Shown piece by piece: positions 35,416-49,200 of a stretch of 64,000 nucleotides of DNA (its first letter is position 1; every line of letters starts with the position of its first letter). The stretch comes from Takakia lepidozioides. Lineage: Eukaryota > Plantae > Bryophyta. A program made the translations under genes and the position numbers. The stretch spans positions 39,432,001 to 39,496,000 of the forward strand of contig CM060734.1 of NCBI GenBank assembly GCA_030704615.1. The letters are read 5' to 3'. The notes beneath the pieces are model-generated. The model was not told the DNA's origin. It did no database searches and worked only from the letters and a program-made list of their open reading frames with translations.

Positions 35416-37499
35416 TTTTCTTCTCTTTAGGGCGGGACAATTTTGCTGGACATGGGCTGACTCTACTCCAGCTATTTTAACGTGTGACCTAGTCGCGGAG
35501 GCTGTGAATGGCTCAAACAAGGATATACAAAGAGAAGGCCCCTGAAGCTACCTTAAGATTTCATGGCCAACCTCACATGTGGTTGAAGGTTAATGTGAAG
35601 CTCCCATGATTTGAAGGGGAATTACTGGTGCATCCCCTAAGGGCGCCCATCACATCATACTTAAAAGAGAACTTAGAATCAACATTTTTCAGAACAGCTA
35701 GATGTAGAATTCAGTTCAGATCTGGTGACAATTCAAAACACTGGATCATTTTTTGCCGAGAAATCTGGTGCTTTCAAACAAACCCAGTGGCTTTGGCTCC
35801 AGAAATTTTTTGATGCGCCAGAATTTGAGGCCAATACAAAGGTTCCTTGTTAGGCTAGAATCCAGTAGCACAAAAGGGCCAGGGGTTTAGGCTCAGCCTT
35901 GAGATTTTCAAAGTTGGCGAATAGAGGTTAAGGAACTATGTTCTTGATGGTCCTGAAAGTCTTCGGGCATTGACTATCTCTCTTTCCTCTCTGCATCTAT
36001 TTATTATTCAGAGGTAGACTCCCGGCCCTGACGTTAAAAGTTCAGGGAACTTCAACGCATGACTTCGTATTTGCTTAGACATTCTTCGTGCTTCCGACAG
36101 GACCTTAGACGCAGCTTCATCTAGCAAGGTCAGTTCTTCCTACTTTCTATTAAGATACTGTTGTGTAGATAACAAGTAACCTTTTGGAGTTTGCAGCTTA
36201 ATATATGATGGCCCAGCTGTCTAAGAACTCAAAGAATTGAAGGATAGGCCTCCTATGGCTGCTGACCTTGAAATGTCTAAGTTATGGGTGGTCTTATGAG
36301 TCTTGACATTCATATCCCCACTTGCTTCTTGTTCCTTTTACTTCCTTCACCTTAAGTATTTGATGAAAGAGCCCAGCCAATTAGAAATCCATTACCCATA
36401 TTCTATCAATACTTCAGGATAATAATTAGATACCCCCTCCCCTTTGCACCAGACCTTTTTTTCTCCTCGTTTTCTTAATATTATTCGAGCTCCTGCCTAG
36501 CCTTTCTAAGCGGCTAGTCGCGTAATGGCTCCACCCTGAGAGTAGAATATTTATTTACAATTTTATATCAAAACTAAATAAATATGTATAACAAGGGCAG
36601 AGACCAGAGACCCTGGAAAAACTTTATTTTATTTGTAGATAGAAAACAAATTACGAAACAAATTCCCTGTAATAGAGAATAGACTTAAATCAAAAAAACC
36701 TAAGCATCATTCAATCTTCATATTAGAATATCTGTTATGTAAAAATATATTATAACAATCATCTTATTGTATTTTTTTTATTGACAACTTTGGCAATTGA
36801 AAATATAATAATCATCAAATCCTCTCATAAAAATTTATATTTGATCTTTTTCAAAATAGAACAATGACCTAAATGAAATGTACCATAAGAGCCAAAATTA
36901 AGTATAATGTTTTCAATTTTCTGAATTACTAAAATATTGAGATATTTATTGAAATACTGACTATTTTTTTGGATGGATGAATGTTTGTGGATGCAATTAC
37001 TATGTTGTAGTTAAATATAAACATTAATAAATGAGAAATGTAGGATTTACGTAAAGAAGAAGATGAATTAAGAAATTTTGTTGTTAACCGCAACAATAAT
37101 CGTAAGCAAAAAAGTATAATATTAATTATATTAATGAAAAAATATTAGATTAGAGAATTTTGAGTATAATTATTTCCTGGATATAAATCATATGATATGA
37201 AGTGAAAATTTGAACTTTAAGCTAATATATTGGTCTTTTTCAAGTGTTAGATTTTAAATTTTTAAAACTGTGAAATTAAAACCGTGGTGAAAGTGAGATA
37301 TATGGATTGGGCATGCAAAGCAGAATGATATAAAATAAATGTGAATATGAAATAAAAACTCTTAAGTATGTAATTGAGATAATAGAAATACAAAGAAGTA
37401 ATTTGAAATGGAAAGCAAATAAATTTACAATATGACATCTGAAAAAAATGAAGTTTATAATGAGCTGAAAAAATATTTTTTAAGTGAAATACTGATAAA

Positions 37500-37712
37500 A
37501 TACTGAAATACTCACTGAGAAACTTATCTAGATGTCTTTATATGTTTAAAAAGATATACCTAAAGATCCATAAAACTATAAAACTGTAAATTTGGAAAAC
37601 TGTAATACTGAAATACTCATTGAGAAACTTATCTAGATGTCTTTATATGTTTAAAAAGATATATACTAAAGATCCATAAAATTATAAAACTGTAAATTTA
37701 TAAAACTATAAA
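37500..37712. repeat. Tandem duplication of about 106 bp in the AT-rich island
   Basis: tactgaaatactca.tgagaaacttatctagatgtctttatatgtttaaaaagatata occurs twice. Confidence 0.9.
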
Positions 37713-38463
37713 TAGAGAGATAAAGATAAAGATAAAGTTTCTTTAACGTCCAGTGAATAGTGAGGATGAACAAGGTGAAACCTAAATTGAGAAGACAACA
37801 CAACTTCGATTGATCCTTGTTGATCTGTGCATGCTCCAACACCTTATTAACTGACTAATCAAATAGTAATTGAAGAATTTTTCTCTCCACAGACATTCCA
37901 AACCTGCGTGTCAAAATAAGCAACTTTCTTTGCTTATTTTTTGGCTCTGGTCTCACCTGCACACATATGGAGGACTCCCTCTCATGCTCTTGTACTTCCA
38001 GAAAACCATGCATGAAGACGCTGCCATCCTCCCATCCCTGCATGTCTTCTCTTCCATAAACAAAACCCTAAAGCTTTTCAGCGAAGACGCTGTCATTCTG
38101 CATCCCCACGCAACACACGTCTTCCCTGCAAAAAAAACAACCCTAAGTTACAACGCATATATAAGCCTTATAAGCATATGAATATTTACATATGTAAGAT
38201 TCACTTATGGGTCTTATCCAATCAAGGTACATTCAAGCTAACATTTAAGTGGGGGGAGGATCATCTGCTTCATGTAGGTATTATCTAGTGGAGGTATATC
38301 AGAATCTTACTCATTTTTGGCATTGGTCTCTCCCTTATAGGGAGGAGCCAATAAAAGTTCAAAATCAGACACTCCAAAGAAAAAAGGACCAATCTCCTTC
38401 ATCTCCATCTCCTACAAAGTTGCAATGAGCAGCCACCAAAGCCAATGAATACACATGCAGAAA

Positions 38464-38610
38464 GATATTTGGGCGGACGACATCCTCTGATCCTCTTGAT
38501 CCTATTCTTGCCCATGTAGGCTATTAATGATCCAACGACGATATTGGGAGGGACGACATCCTCCTCTTGATCCCATTTTTGCCCATGTAGGCTGTTAATG
38601 ATCCAAAGAC
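38464..38610. repeat. Tandem duplication of about 75 bp
   Basis: gatatt.gg..ggacgacatcctc...cttgatcc.att.ttgcccatgtaggct.ttaatgatccaa.gac occurs twice. Confidence 0.85.
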
Positions 38611-38640
38611 ATAAATAGAGTACCACCCAAATGTAGCCTA

Positions 38641-39517
38641 CCGTAGTGAGTAGTCTGGTTCGGTATTGAAGTGCCGAATATTTATTTTCTTTTCAACAAA
38701 ACACTCTGGCATAACTTTAGGAAATTTCCAGATTTTAGGGCAATGTCATGAGGAGATTTTAAGTAATCCGGTAGTAACAGCTGCTATACTTTAGAGCTGA
38801 AACATGCTTCCAGCAAATATCGCGACGTAGTAATACCGCTACACGGTGGTCTGCGTGTTGGCTGCACTGGCTAAGTGGCAGCCTGTCTTTTCTCTCGCAC
38901 AGTGGATAGTACTATGACTCAAAGCCTAGAGCCTTATCAGGTATTAGTTCTGAGGAAATTTTAGGAACCACAGATTTCTTTGCTATTGTACTTGCAAGAA
39001 TGCTTTCTCGTGCCTTTAAAAGAAAAAGGAAAAAAATTGCTTTACATTGAGATCTGAATTGCAATCCAGATGGTGGGGACCTGCGGGATTTAGATGATTT
39101 GATTGATGAACACTATGATGATCTTGTTGATTCAAGTCATGGACCTATGGATGTAGTTTGGAGTTCATTTTAGATTCAGTCAAAAGTGTTTTGTGCCTTA
39201 TTTGAGATCTTCGACGTTGATATTTTGCAGGCTCGGTGAATCTCTACACGATGGTAGCTCTGTGGCCTCTTGTGCTGATATACTATCTACGTTAGCCTAG
39301 TCTATTTTTGCAAGCTGGGTTCTCTTCAAGGTGGCCATTACCTCTACATTTTTCACCATTCACTCAATCTACCTTCTTGACATGCTCAGTAGTTGTTTGA
39401 GATTTAAGGCATTTTTTTTAATTTCTGAAATTTCGACAGTTTTTGCCAAATTTTCACTTATTTATTAGGCATGTTCATTTCTAATTATTTACAGCCGAAT
39501 CAGCCTACCGACTACGG
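38641..39517 (+). mobile_element. Tc1/mariner (pogo-like) internally deleted element
   Basis: TA|CCGTAGTGAGTAGTCTGGTTCGG ... CCGAATCAGCCTACCGACTACGG|TA (imperfect TIR, TA TSD). An internal remnant (SRAFK...PDG...DDLIDEHYDD) resembles a pogo transposase acidic tail. Confidence 0.7.
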
Positions 39518-41318
39518 TAATCAACAGACAAAGTTTATGCCCACACATTCTCCTTGACCCAACCATACTTCACAACAAACCTAGAATGTTATCTTACATT
39601 GTATTGTTCGTCCTTTCTAATATCTATCGCTGACCTTTTTTTCTTTTCTTTTTTTCATAGTTGAATCTCTTGTCTGGCTTTGTCCATTACATTATTTGTG
39701 ATTTTGCATTTTCCATAGCATCACAATTGTGTTTGTCTATGTCTAAATTGACACATATGGAATTGCCTCTCATTTTAAAATAATACATCAGGCTCAATCC
39801 GCATTTTTCAAATGAAGATGGATGTCATTTGGTAAATAAAGTAAATGGATGGGATGATGTGCAATTGCCATGGAAGCCATGCAGGCCCATGCCGAGTTTC
39901 CCAAACAAGTGGACCACATTGTAGATGATTTCGAAATCTACAAGGTAAATGTGTTCTAGAAGATGATATGAATGATGAAGATAGAGCCGGCTTACAAATA
40001 TGGACACGAAAATGCAAAGCAAAGTGCAAGTAAACGTGGTAAAGACAAGTCATGCTGATAAATCTATGAATCGTGGCTGGCCTGCCAAAGACAATGGCTT
40101 CCCTACCGACATTCACATTGTTACAAAGGTGGAATCAAAGACAGTGGACAATGAGGCGAGTGTGTGGCACAAACCCTGTTCGTTGATTATCATGGGCAAT
40201 ATATATGGGCTGGAGGATGGGAGCGTGCGCAAGTGCGGGGCTGGACAAAATTTGCGGACATATGACGCATAAAGGGAGGTGGGAGAGATTTTGACAAAGG
40301 TCTGGCAAGGCCACCGGACGGTAGGTTTCCCAGTGTACTTGCCGCTAGTTCGCACAATTGCCTTCAAATCAAACCACTTCAATATTGGAACCAAAGAATT
40401 AGACTTTTGAAACTCACTGTGTCTCCAATTTCATATGAAACAAACAAGTTAAGCAAATAAGACAAGAGAGATGACTTCGGCTACAGCCGGCGTAACTAAG
40501 CCTCACTTCATCTTGCAACTCTTGCCTCTTTCGGGATGGGCTCTAGTAAAGTAGGACCAGTTGTTTTAGACAGGCTAATTATTTTCGAGTTTGCATTTGT
40601 TGGTCATTATAGTAGTGAGAGAACAAATAACGAATATCAGTTAGATGGATATCTTTCAAGTATTTGGAGATGTTTTCACCCCACTTTGAGTGAGTGGTAA
40701 ATCAAACAGAAACATTGCAATTAGACTTAAATAATATATCCATGTGTCCACTAACTGATATATCATTTTAGGGTTAAGGATGAGGTTATATCATTCCACT
40801 ATTTAATATGTATATTATTACCTCAACATCCCAGGAGTCTAGATTATCTCCTATAATCAGTGTTGATGCTGATGTTATTATTTTGAATTGGAAACATCAT
40901 AAGAACCATAATAGTAAAATTAAATCTCATGTGAATAATGAGCCCCCTAGACATAAGATGAACATTTCTTAGGCTTTTCTGTTTATTTTTTGTGCATGTC
41001 CCATGGCTGGTCAAAGGGTGGTGCCCCTTTTGCACCGCCTTCATGACTCTTGCAATGGTTGTTTCTCCGTTGCCACATAATTTGATTAATAGGGCATTTA
41101 CCCCTTTTCTTGAAAAAAAAAAAAAAAAAAAAAAAACTTTGAGGATGGTAGGGGAAGTATGCAAGGGGAGTGGCTCTTATTTGTGTTGTCGCAGGGTAGA
41201 AAGGCCTATGATCGTTCATCTAAAAATGGTGAAAATCTCACATTGAATTTTTGTACAATATACCAATACAACACTGCTATGACCAATCATACTTTTTTGG
41301 GGGTTTTATCAAACAACT

Positions 41319-41465
41319 GTTTGCCAAGTGGCAAAAATGAGGAGTCTTGGGGCTAGCACTTTCCATCACCATCACCGCCATGTGCATATGACCATGCACC
41401 CCATTGCGTCTCTCATGGACCCTATGAACAGCCACAAGACTGCTCATTTTTGCCAATTGGCAAAC
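41319..41465. mobile_element. Small foldback/MITE downstream of BUD23
   Basis: 36-bp inverted arms with 3 mismatches: gtttgccaagtggcaaaaatgaggagtcttggggct and agccacaagactgctcatttttgccaattggcaaac. Confidence 0.75.
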
Positions 41466-41790
41466 CAATATATGATTGTTCCAAGTGTGCAGATGCCCTG
41501 GATGTCAGGGTGGGCGTCTTATAGATTCTACCCCAGATAAAAACAAGAGAACCACCATCGCTAGATGGGCAGTCATGGGCTGGCTAGTGGCTTGGGTATC
41601 TTAGGCATTTCTTTGTATATGTCACTTGGAAGACATCTCCACCTCCCATCCCCACGAGGTAGTTCTAGAACATCCAATGCCTTCTGAAGGACTACCAAGA
41701 GAGCCAATGATGATGCATATACAATTTAGAGCCCGAAAGACAGCTCGTATTGTTGGACTTGAGCACACTACACAAACCAGTATCCCCTAC

Positions 41791-44700
41791 TTAAAAGTGA
41801 GATTTTCTTTTCCGCCCAGTGTACTTGGTATCTCGAGGAACATTGGTAAATCCTCGATGTCTGCGCTGATCTTTCTTTTTCAACACCCAACTCCGTCCTC
41901 TACCCTTCTTGTCAGCCTTCAACTTCTTAACAGGCCTTTGTCGCTCTGAGACATCAACCTGCCAATGTGCCAATGGCATAAAAAACTATGTTACACTTGC
42001 AGCCACAGACAGTGTAATAAGCAGAGAAGATTAACAGCAACAGTATCAAAGGCATAAATGATATAGCCAGGACAAGAAAACCTACAGTGCCAGCTCCTTC
42101 GTCATCACTGCTGCCCTCACTTTCGCTTCCCCCATCCTCCCCTTTTGCTTTGGGTAGTGTTGTGTTTGTACTCGGAGGCCCACATATCAGACATAGAAAG
42201 TATTTCTTGGCCCGAGTGCTGCAAACTACAAAAGTAGGGTGTTAAAATTCAAACATCCTGGTAGCCAACAAGTGATTCAAGCACACTCCAGCTCTAGACA
42301 GCAGCAAAGGGTGCACTATATGTACGTAAGGCCCACCAAAACATTCTCCAAAGCCAGGGTGCAAATCTCTAACAGACATTGCCAGATTGCTTGTGTACAA
42401 GTACAGCCACTGACAATCCACAAAGCAGTAAATCTCATGTTTTAAACCATAGTGCAACCCCAGTACACAGATGAACTCAGTTCAACCACAAATAAATTAA
42501 AAAAAGACAAATAGGGAGATGGACCATTACACCATGTTCAGGGCACATACAAATCACTTCACCTGTGAGGATAATCGACAACCAAGCCTCCCGAAAATCC
42601 CGAGCGGAGGGCGGCTGAGGAAATCATCTCCAACTGGGCTGTGTTCTCTGGATACATTTGCAGGACTGCTCGCTCTCCCCTAGCTAAGCACTTATACAGT
42701 GACCCAAAAAATACTCTGAAGGCAAACCATCATCCCATTTGGTTCTGTAAGTCAAATGGAGCTCAAAATTACCACTCTTGTCTAAGTTACACATTCTTGA
42801 CATCGAAGTTCATGATGGCTATCGCCCCTCCAGTTTCCAATTGCACATAATGCCCAAGAACACCTACTGAGATGTCCAGTAAGGCCAGCTACAAAGGGGC
42901 AAAAGGTACCATCAGCCATCAATACATTACCAACTAAGGTAGCACATGATCTTTAGACACAAATGAGTAAACTGACTTTTGAAGTGTGGAAACAATAGCT
43001 GAATCCATGGCAGACGTGAATAGCAAAAGGGAAACCCAGGTACTGGGACCATGAAGAGCCAGACTACATGGAGAGAGACGACAATCAGACAGACAGCACA
43101 AAAAACACAAGCATACTTGAGACGTGCCCGAGGATGATTGGAGGATTTATCCGCATTACATAACCACTGTGCAGCCAAAACAACACCAAATCCACTGCAA
43201 TGCAAATTACTGAGTGCACTTCAGCAGCATGAATTGAAGTGATGCCTACATGGCTTCTCAGAGCACCTATACATGTTGCAAACTGCCATGAGACCTCATT
43301 CCTAGACCTCGACAGATGCAGGTGCTCTTTCTTTCTCTGAAAATAAACCCAATTGACAAGTAAGTCCAGAAACAGTATCCATCCAGTCAAGTTTATTATC
43401 CAACTCTGAACGATTCTTCCCTGCCCACCCCTGAATCTCAATACCCCAAGCAACCCTGTGCTACTAGGTGTGGCCCATTGTATAGTGGTACTACGATATT
43501 TAGGAATGCCACGGAATATGAAGTAGAGGAGAGAGAGAACAACCTGCACAGCAGAAATACTTATTGCACCATCCACCGTGCCTGGCCTCAGACCTAGTCC
43601 CTATGCAAAGACACCAATCCACGCAGTGACTAGGTGCTTCTGGCCCTTTCAAACTAGGAACAAGCTCAAATTAATATATGAGCAAATGGAAGGTCAGGAT
43701 ATTCCTCAATTTCATTACACCAAAGCAGATGCTGAACGTGACCAGACATTCACTGTAATATATGTTACGAGGACATACAGTTGGCGCACACAGTTACAAG
43801 ACTTTTCCCACGAAATCGAGTAACTTTTTTGACTAACGGTTGACCCACCTAATAGGTGCTACCAACAACCATTGCCAAAACATGACCACTACATTTTAGC
43901 ACTACAGGAGAAAGGAGCTGAGGGTGATCAAATGCCCACCAAAAATGACCACCAAAGGAGAGATAGGTTCAGCAGGAGAAACCTGGCCAATGTCGCCCAA
44001 CAACAGGTCACCTTCTGTTTCCCTTTCCAGTGCAATGTCTGCATGTTACCACTACAAATTCAACAGAAACCAAGGGGCAATCTGCAGAAAGGACTGATAA
44101 GTGTGCATATCTGCATGCAAAAGCAATGAGAACATCTGCCCCTCACCAAGCATAGCTTCAGATATGTCAAGACCCATCCAATGATGCCCGTGTTCTGTCA
44201 GCGTCTCTCCACTTAGCCCAGATCCACAACCTGTTTCCCAAAAGATGCCGTAGATACCAGGAAAGCCACCACATGATAGTTTACTTTCTCATCAAGCTCA
44301 TACACATATTGACAGTAGAATTCTATAGAGATGGTCCACACACAAAACCCCAACTCAAAACACCTTTTCCTCATCAAGTTTAACTCTGACAAATTTCAGA
44401 CCTCAGTTTAACGTACAGTTTGTCAACAGCTGAGAACATGGAGGGCCCACCACCATGTTTGACCGCCTGCCACACAATGTTCCCCCATGCACCAGGCATA
44501 TTGACCTGGGAAGAGTACTTGAGTTGAAATATCCACATTTGATAAACCTACAATCAAGTATGAAATGAGTAACAAAAGCACACATTAAATTTATCAACCT
44601 CACCAATGTCAAGCAGAAGCCGTGGTGCACCATCTTCAGGCAATGCAAGAAGCTCCAGTGCCCTTTCAGTAAGCTTTCCCTGCATGATTCCGGAGTAGGT

Positions 44701-45435
44701 AGCTATTCAGGGTTTTACATTTTGGAATTGCAATCTGAAGAAACGCCAGTAGACAAAATCCTCCACCCTCCAAAACTCCCTACCCATTCTATCATATAAC
44801 CTGCACTGTGACAATAATGCGAAAGACAAGAGGGGGACGAGATTCACAAAACTCCCCAAAAATCAGCATGTAACCGAGGACAATCATCAGTCTGCTGGAC
44901 AGACAGACATACATACTCGTATTCCATCCAAAAATCAACCTTGGAACCTTCGAGAAAAGATAGATTGTTAACAGCAGCAATACGAGTTCCGAAGAAACAA
45001 TAGGAAAAAAGGTGAAGTGGAACAATTTAAAGAGATCTCTCCTGTACCCAAGCTCCCATAAATTCCTACAAAACTCCGCATATTATCGCTGAATGTGAAA
45101 CCTTCACCAATTCATAACCCTAAACCCTAGACCCTAAACCCTGCAAATTCAAACCCTTTGACTAGTCTCACGTTCGTACGAACTGACATTCCAAAACCTT
45201 CCCGGCTACAATTTCGATGCTTCCTTCAACCACTCTAACCCGTGCTCTTCCATGCTGACAAACCGATCAAAATATGGAAGTGCTATCGAAAACAAGCACA
45301 CAAAACTTGGAACCAACAAAAAGATGATTCACACACCTGGATGTCGATAATTCGAGACGAAGTCGTGTATTTCCGTGCTTCTGAATCATTGTAAAACACC
45401 TCGGGCGGCGCTTGCCGCTCTGGACGCATGGACAT
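41791..45435 (-). CDS. BUD23: 18S rRNA (guanine-N7)-methyltransferase BUD23/WBSCR22/RID2, about 9 exons
   Basis: Exon 1 (45435-45337) [33 protein letters not shown], followed by LLLDIG|[27 protein letters not shown]|[20 protein letters not shown]|TRAKKYFL, and C-terminal [13 protein letters not shown]. Confidence 0.96.
45115..45143. promoter_or_regulatory. Telo-box-like interstitial telomere motifs in BUD23 intron 1
   Basis: taaccctaaaccctagaccctaaaccctg. AAACCCTA telo-boxes are typical near the 5' ends of plant translation and ribosome-biogenesis genes. Confidence 0.55.
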
Positions 45436-46259
45436 CACAGCCCCCTCGGCCCCTCTTTCCCCCCCTCTCCGTTCTTCCTCTCCCCCAAGCGTTGGAAGAT
45501 GAGGTCACGTGACCTAAAATGAATCCGGAATAAGGTATTTACCATCCGATCCTACAGTCAACGGCTACAAATGGATGAAAGAAGACATTCATGGTCGTCG
45601 GACAGGAAATGGCCGTCCGTCAGAAAACATCGAGGGCTGAGGAGGGAGAATCGTGGCTGTCTTCGAAGCATCCCTCTAGCTTAGTTGGATTAGGGCTCTT
45701 TTCTTTTCTTTTCTTTTTTCTTTTTTCTTTTTCTTTTTTTTAAAAGAGAAACAAGGGCTCCCTAGTACTAGTATCAAAGGACACGCGGCGCGCGGTCAGA
45801 GTTATATAAAGTATTTTTGGCATATGCTCCGCTCATACCTACCTACACCTAACCTAACCGTGGTTAGAGAGTAAGCAGTGTGTTCTGTTTATAGTTCACT
45901 GTTTACACTTGCCGAGGACTGGTGAAGAAAATTCGCAGGTACTTTTTGTTCCCTCTCACTGCGGCCAGCCCAACAGCTGTGTTGGTGGCGGACTGTGGAG
46001 ACAACAAGAGAGAGCCATCTAGGGCTTTAAGACTGGGGATCTAGCGAGGGAATTGATGCTGGTATTGCGGGTGGAGGAGAAGGATCCTTCGAATCGCAGA
46101 ACGGAGTAGTGGGTTTTAGTGTTTTCTGTGGGGATTTTGTCTGAAGATTGGTTTTTGAGTGACAGCGGGGTTGGTTTCTGAGTTGAGGGGTGTGGAGGAG
46201 GAGGACAGAGATCTAGGTCTGACTTAGTATTAAGAAATTTAAGCTTCACGGGGGAAGCC

Positions 46260-49200
46260 ATGGCCAACGTTGACATGGCAGCCATGCTTGGAGCTACGGC
46301 AGATGATGGCCGGCTTCAGATAGCAAAGACGAAGATCATCTGCACTCTTGGGCCAAAGTCGCGAGAGGTTCCCATTCTGGAGAAGCTGTTGAAGGCAGGG
46401 ATGAATGTCGCCCGCTTTAATTTCTCGCACGGAAGTTTTGAGTATCAACAGTACACGCTTGATAACCTCAGGCAAGCTATGCATAATACGCATATGATGT
46501 GCGCCGTCTTACTTGACACCAAGGTGAGGGTCTTATTATTTCTTACACTCGACACCCTCTCCACTCTCCACCTTCTCGCACCTTCAGCTGCAGGAAGGCT
46601 GAATCTTGGTGTCACAATCTCAACGAATATTGATTCCAAATCCGAACTGATTATATCACCACCTTCAATATTCTGTCTGTCTCTGAGCCTTGTTTACTGA
46701 CTTGTGCGACTTCTATTTAGTCTAGCAACCTTCGTTGATTGACGTATCTGGCACTTGTACTCTCAATTTTGGCTCAATTTCAGTTAGAGTCATCAGCTAA
46801 GCAAAGTCTTGTTCCAGAGGAAGGACCGGCGCCCTCTCTTCATGAGGTTGGAAGGTGGTCAATGTTTTTCCTTCCCGATTCACACTCTGCCTCTCTGACG
46901 ATTACGTTGTGTGTTTTGTAAAATATGTCTAATGTGTTTTGTGGGGCACTGTGCCATTGGTATCTTGAGCGGAAGGCTGATAAACAAATGCACTATCTTG
47001 TTTTTAGAGGTGGCTTCCATGCCAAACCTCCCCTTACTTTCAGTCTTACCCTGGATTCCTGGCCCAAAGTCACATGAGGAGGGGAACCTTACCGAGGGTT
47101 TCCTTTCTTCTTGGAGCATAAACGCACACTGTTATTACCGAAGTGAGTCTGTTGAGTATTCATGCTTAAATTGTTCAATGGATTAATACCAGCTTACATG
47201 GCTAGATAGTGGTGCTTCCATGAGGGTGTTCATTGGATGTCAAAACCGATCCCACAACCTCTGTCTGGCACATCCAAAGCCACCCTGGCTAGAAGGCATA
47301 TGAGACACTGGATGCAGCAGAGTCTGACTGTGGGGTTAAGAGGGCTGAGGATCTAACTGAGGGTTATGAGTGGAGTCTGAGTCAACTTTCTAACAGCCAA
47401 TGAGGTACATCTGCTGCCATGAGTCACAAACAGTACCAGATGCTTGTGAATAAGTGCTGTGAGGATAGGCAGGTTGCATAGTGATCATAATAGTGAAACT
47501 GGTTGTGTGTGATTGTTGTACGGTCTGCTTTATATGCATAATTCCTCTTTTCCCAATGATGCTGCTTATGCTATGTTTTGCCTCTCTCACTCTTGCTTTT
47601 TTATTTCTACACCTAGGGTCCCTAGGATGCCTATGTCAGTTCCTAGGTAAGACAATTAGGTTCTGGATTTGTAGAGGGTCAGAATTGGTACTTGCGAAAC
47701 AGATCACTTCTCAAATTATGAGTGCATTGCATGGCAGGGCCCAGAGATTCGGACTGGACTGTTAAAGGATGGGAAGCCCATCCAGCTGGTACGGGACAAG
47801 GAGATTTTCATAACAACAGACTACAGTCACCTTGGTGATGAAAACATGATATCCATGAGCTACAAAAAACTTGCAGAGGATCTACGTCCAGATAATGCCA
47901 TTTTGTGCTCTGATGGAACCATATCTCTGACAGTCTTGGAATGCGATGTTGGAAAGGGGATTGTGAAGTGTCGGTGTGAGAATACAGCTGTACTTGGAGA
48001 GAAAAAGAATGTGAACTTACCTGGTATTGTGGTTGACCTACCTACCATCACCGAAAAGGATATTGATGATATCACAAACTGGGGCATCCCCAATCAGATT
48101 GATTTCATTGCTGCTGCTTTTGTGCGGAAGGGTGAGGACGTCAAGAAAATCAAGGCATTGCTTGGCCCTCATGCTAAGACCATTCAAATCATCTCCAAGG
48201 TATTATTTCTTTTGTTTGGTTGCATTTTGAAATTTTATTCAGAATATCCATGGTTGATTCCAGCCCATGCAGAGCAGGAAGCACAACAGTAGCTGTGACA
48301 GATGTTTATGAATTTCCCTCGAGCCATGCTGTGTTATCAATAATATGGAAAGTGTCATGTGATTCATTGTAGGTGGAGAACCAGGAAGGACTTGTCAACT
48401 TCGATGACATTCTAAGGGAGACAGATGGTGTGATGGTGGCAAGAGGTGACTTGGGCATGGAGATTCCAACTGAGAAAATTTTTCTGGCTCAGAAGATGAT
48501 GATCTATAAGTGTAATTCTGCTGGCAAGCCAGTTGTGACAGCAACTCAGATGCTGGAGTCCATGATTAAATCTCCCCGTCCAACCCGTGCTGAAGCCACT
48601 GATGTGGCAAATGCTGTTCTTGATGGGACGGATTCTGTTATGCTAAGTGGAGAGACAGCCAATGGAGCCTACCCAGAACTTGCTGTGAAAATTATGTCAC
48701 GCATTTGTCAGGAGGCAGAGGCCTCTCTAGATTATGCATCCATTTTCAAGGAGATCATGAAATCTGTCCCTTTGCCAATGAGCCCTCTGGAGAGTTTAGC
48801 ATCATCGGCTGTTCGGACTGCTAACAAAGTGCGAGCATCTCTTATTGTTGTGCTTACTCGTGGGGGTAGTACAGCTAAGCTGGTGGCCAAGTACCGTCCT
48901 CACGTTCCCATCCTATCTGTGGCTGTCCCTGTATTGACCACTGATAACCTCACGTGGGAGTGCAGCGAGGAGTCCCCAGCCCGGCACAGTCTTATTTGCA
49001 GGTAAATTATGATACAACTATATTTATTGATTTCTGTTCCGATTCCTGTATTATGTGAAATCTGAGAATGGAGAGGTTAACTGAGTACTTCGTTTTGTAC
49101 CTGTCACCAATGTCGAAATCTTGAGGCTGAGCTTAAAGCCCTGGCCCAGCTGGGGCGGTGCTCATACACAGCAGATTGTGTGAATGGAGTTTGAGAGGAT

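Noticed and set aside
39800-40400. Cluster of short ORFs on both strands
   Set aside because: No recognisable motifs or consistent splice structure.
46524-46700. C-terminal part of ORF 46260-46700
   Set aside because: Read-through into intron 1 of pyruvate kinase.
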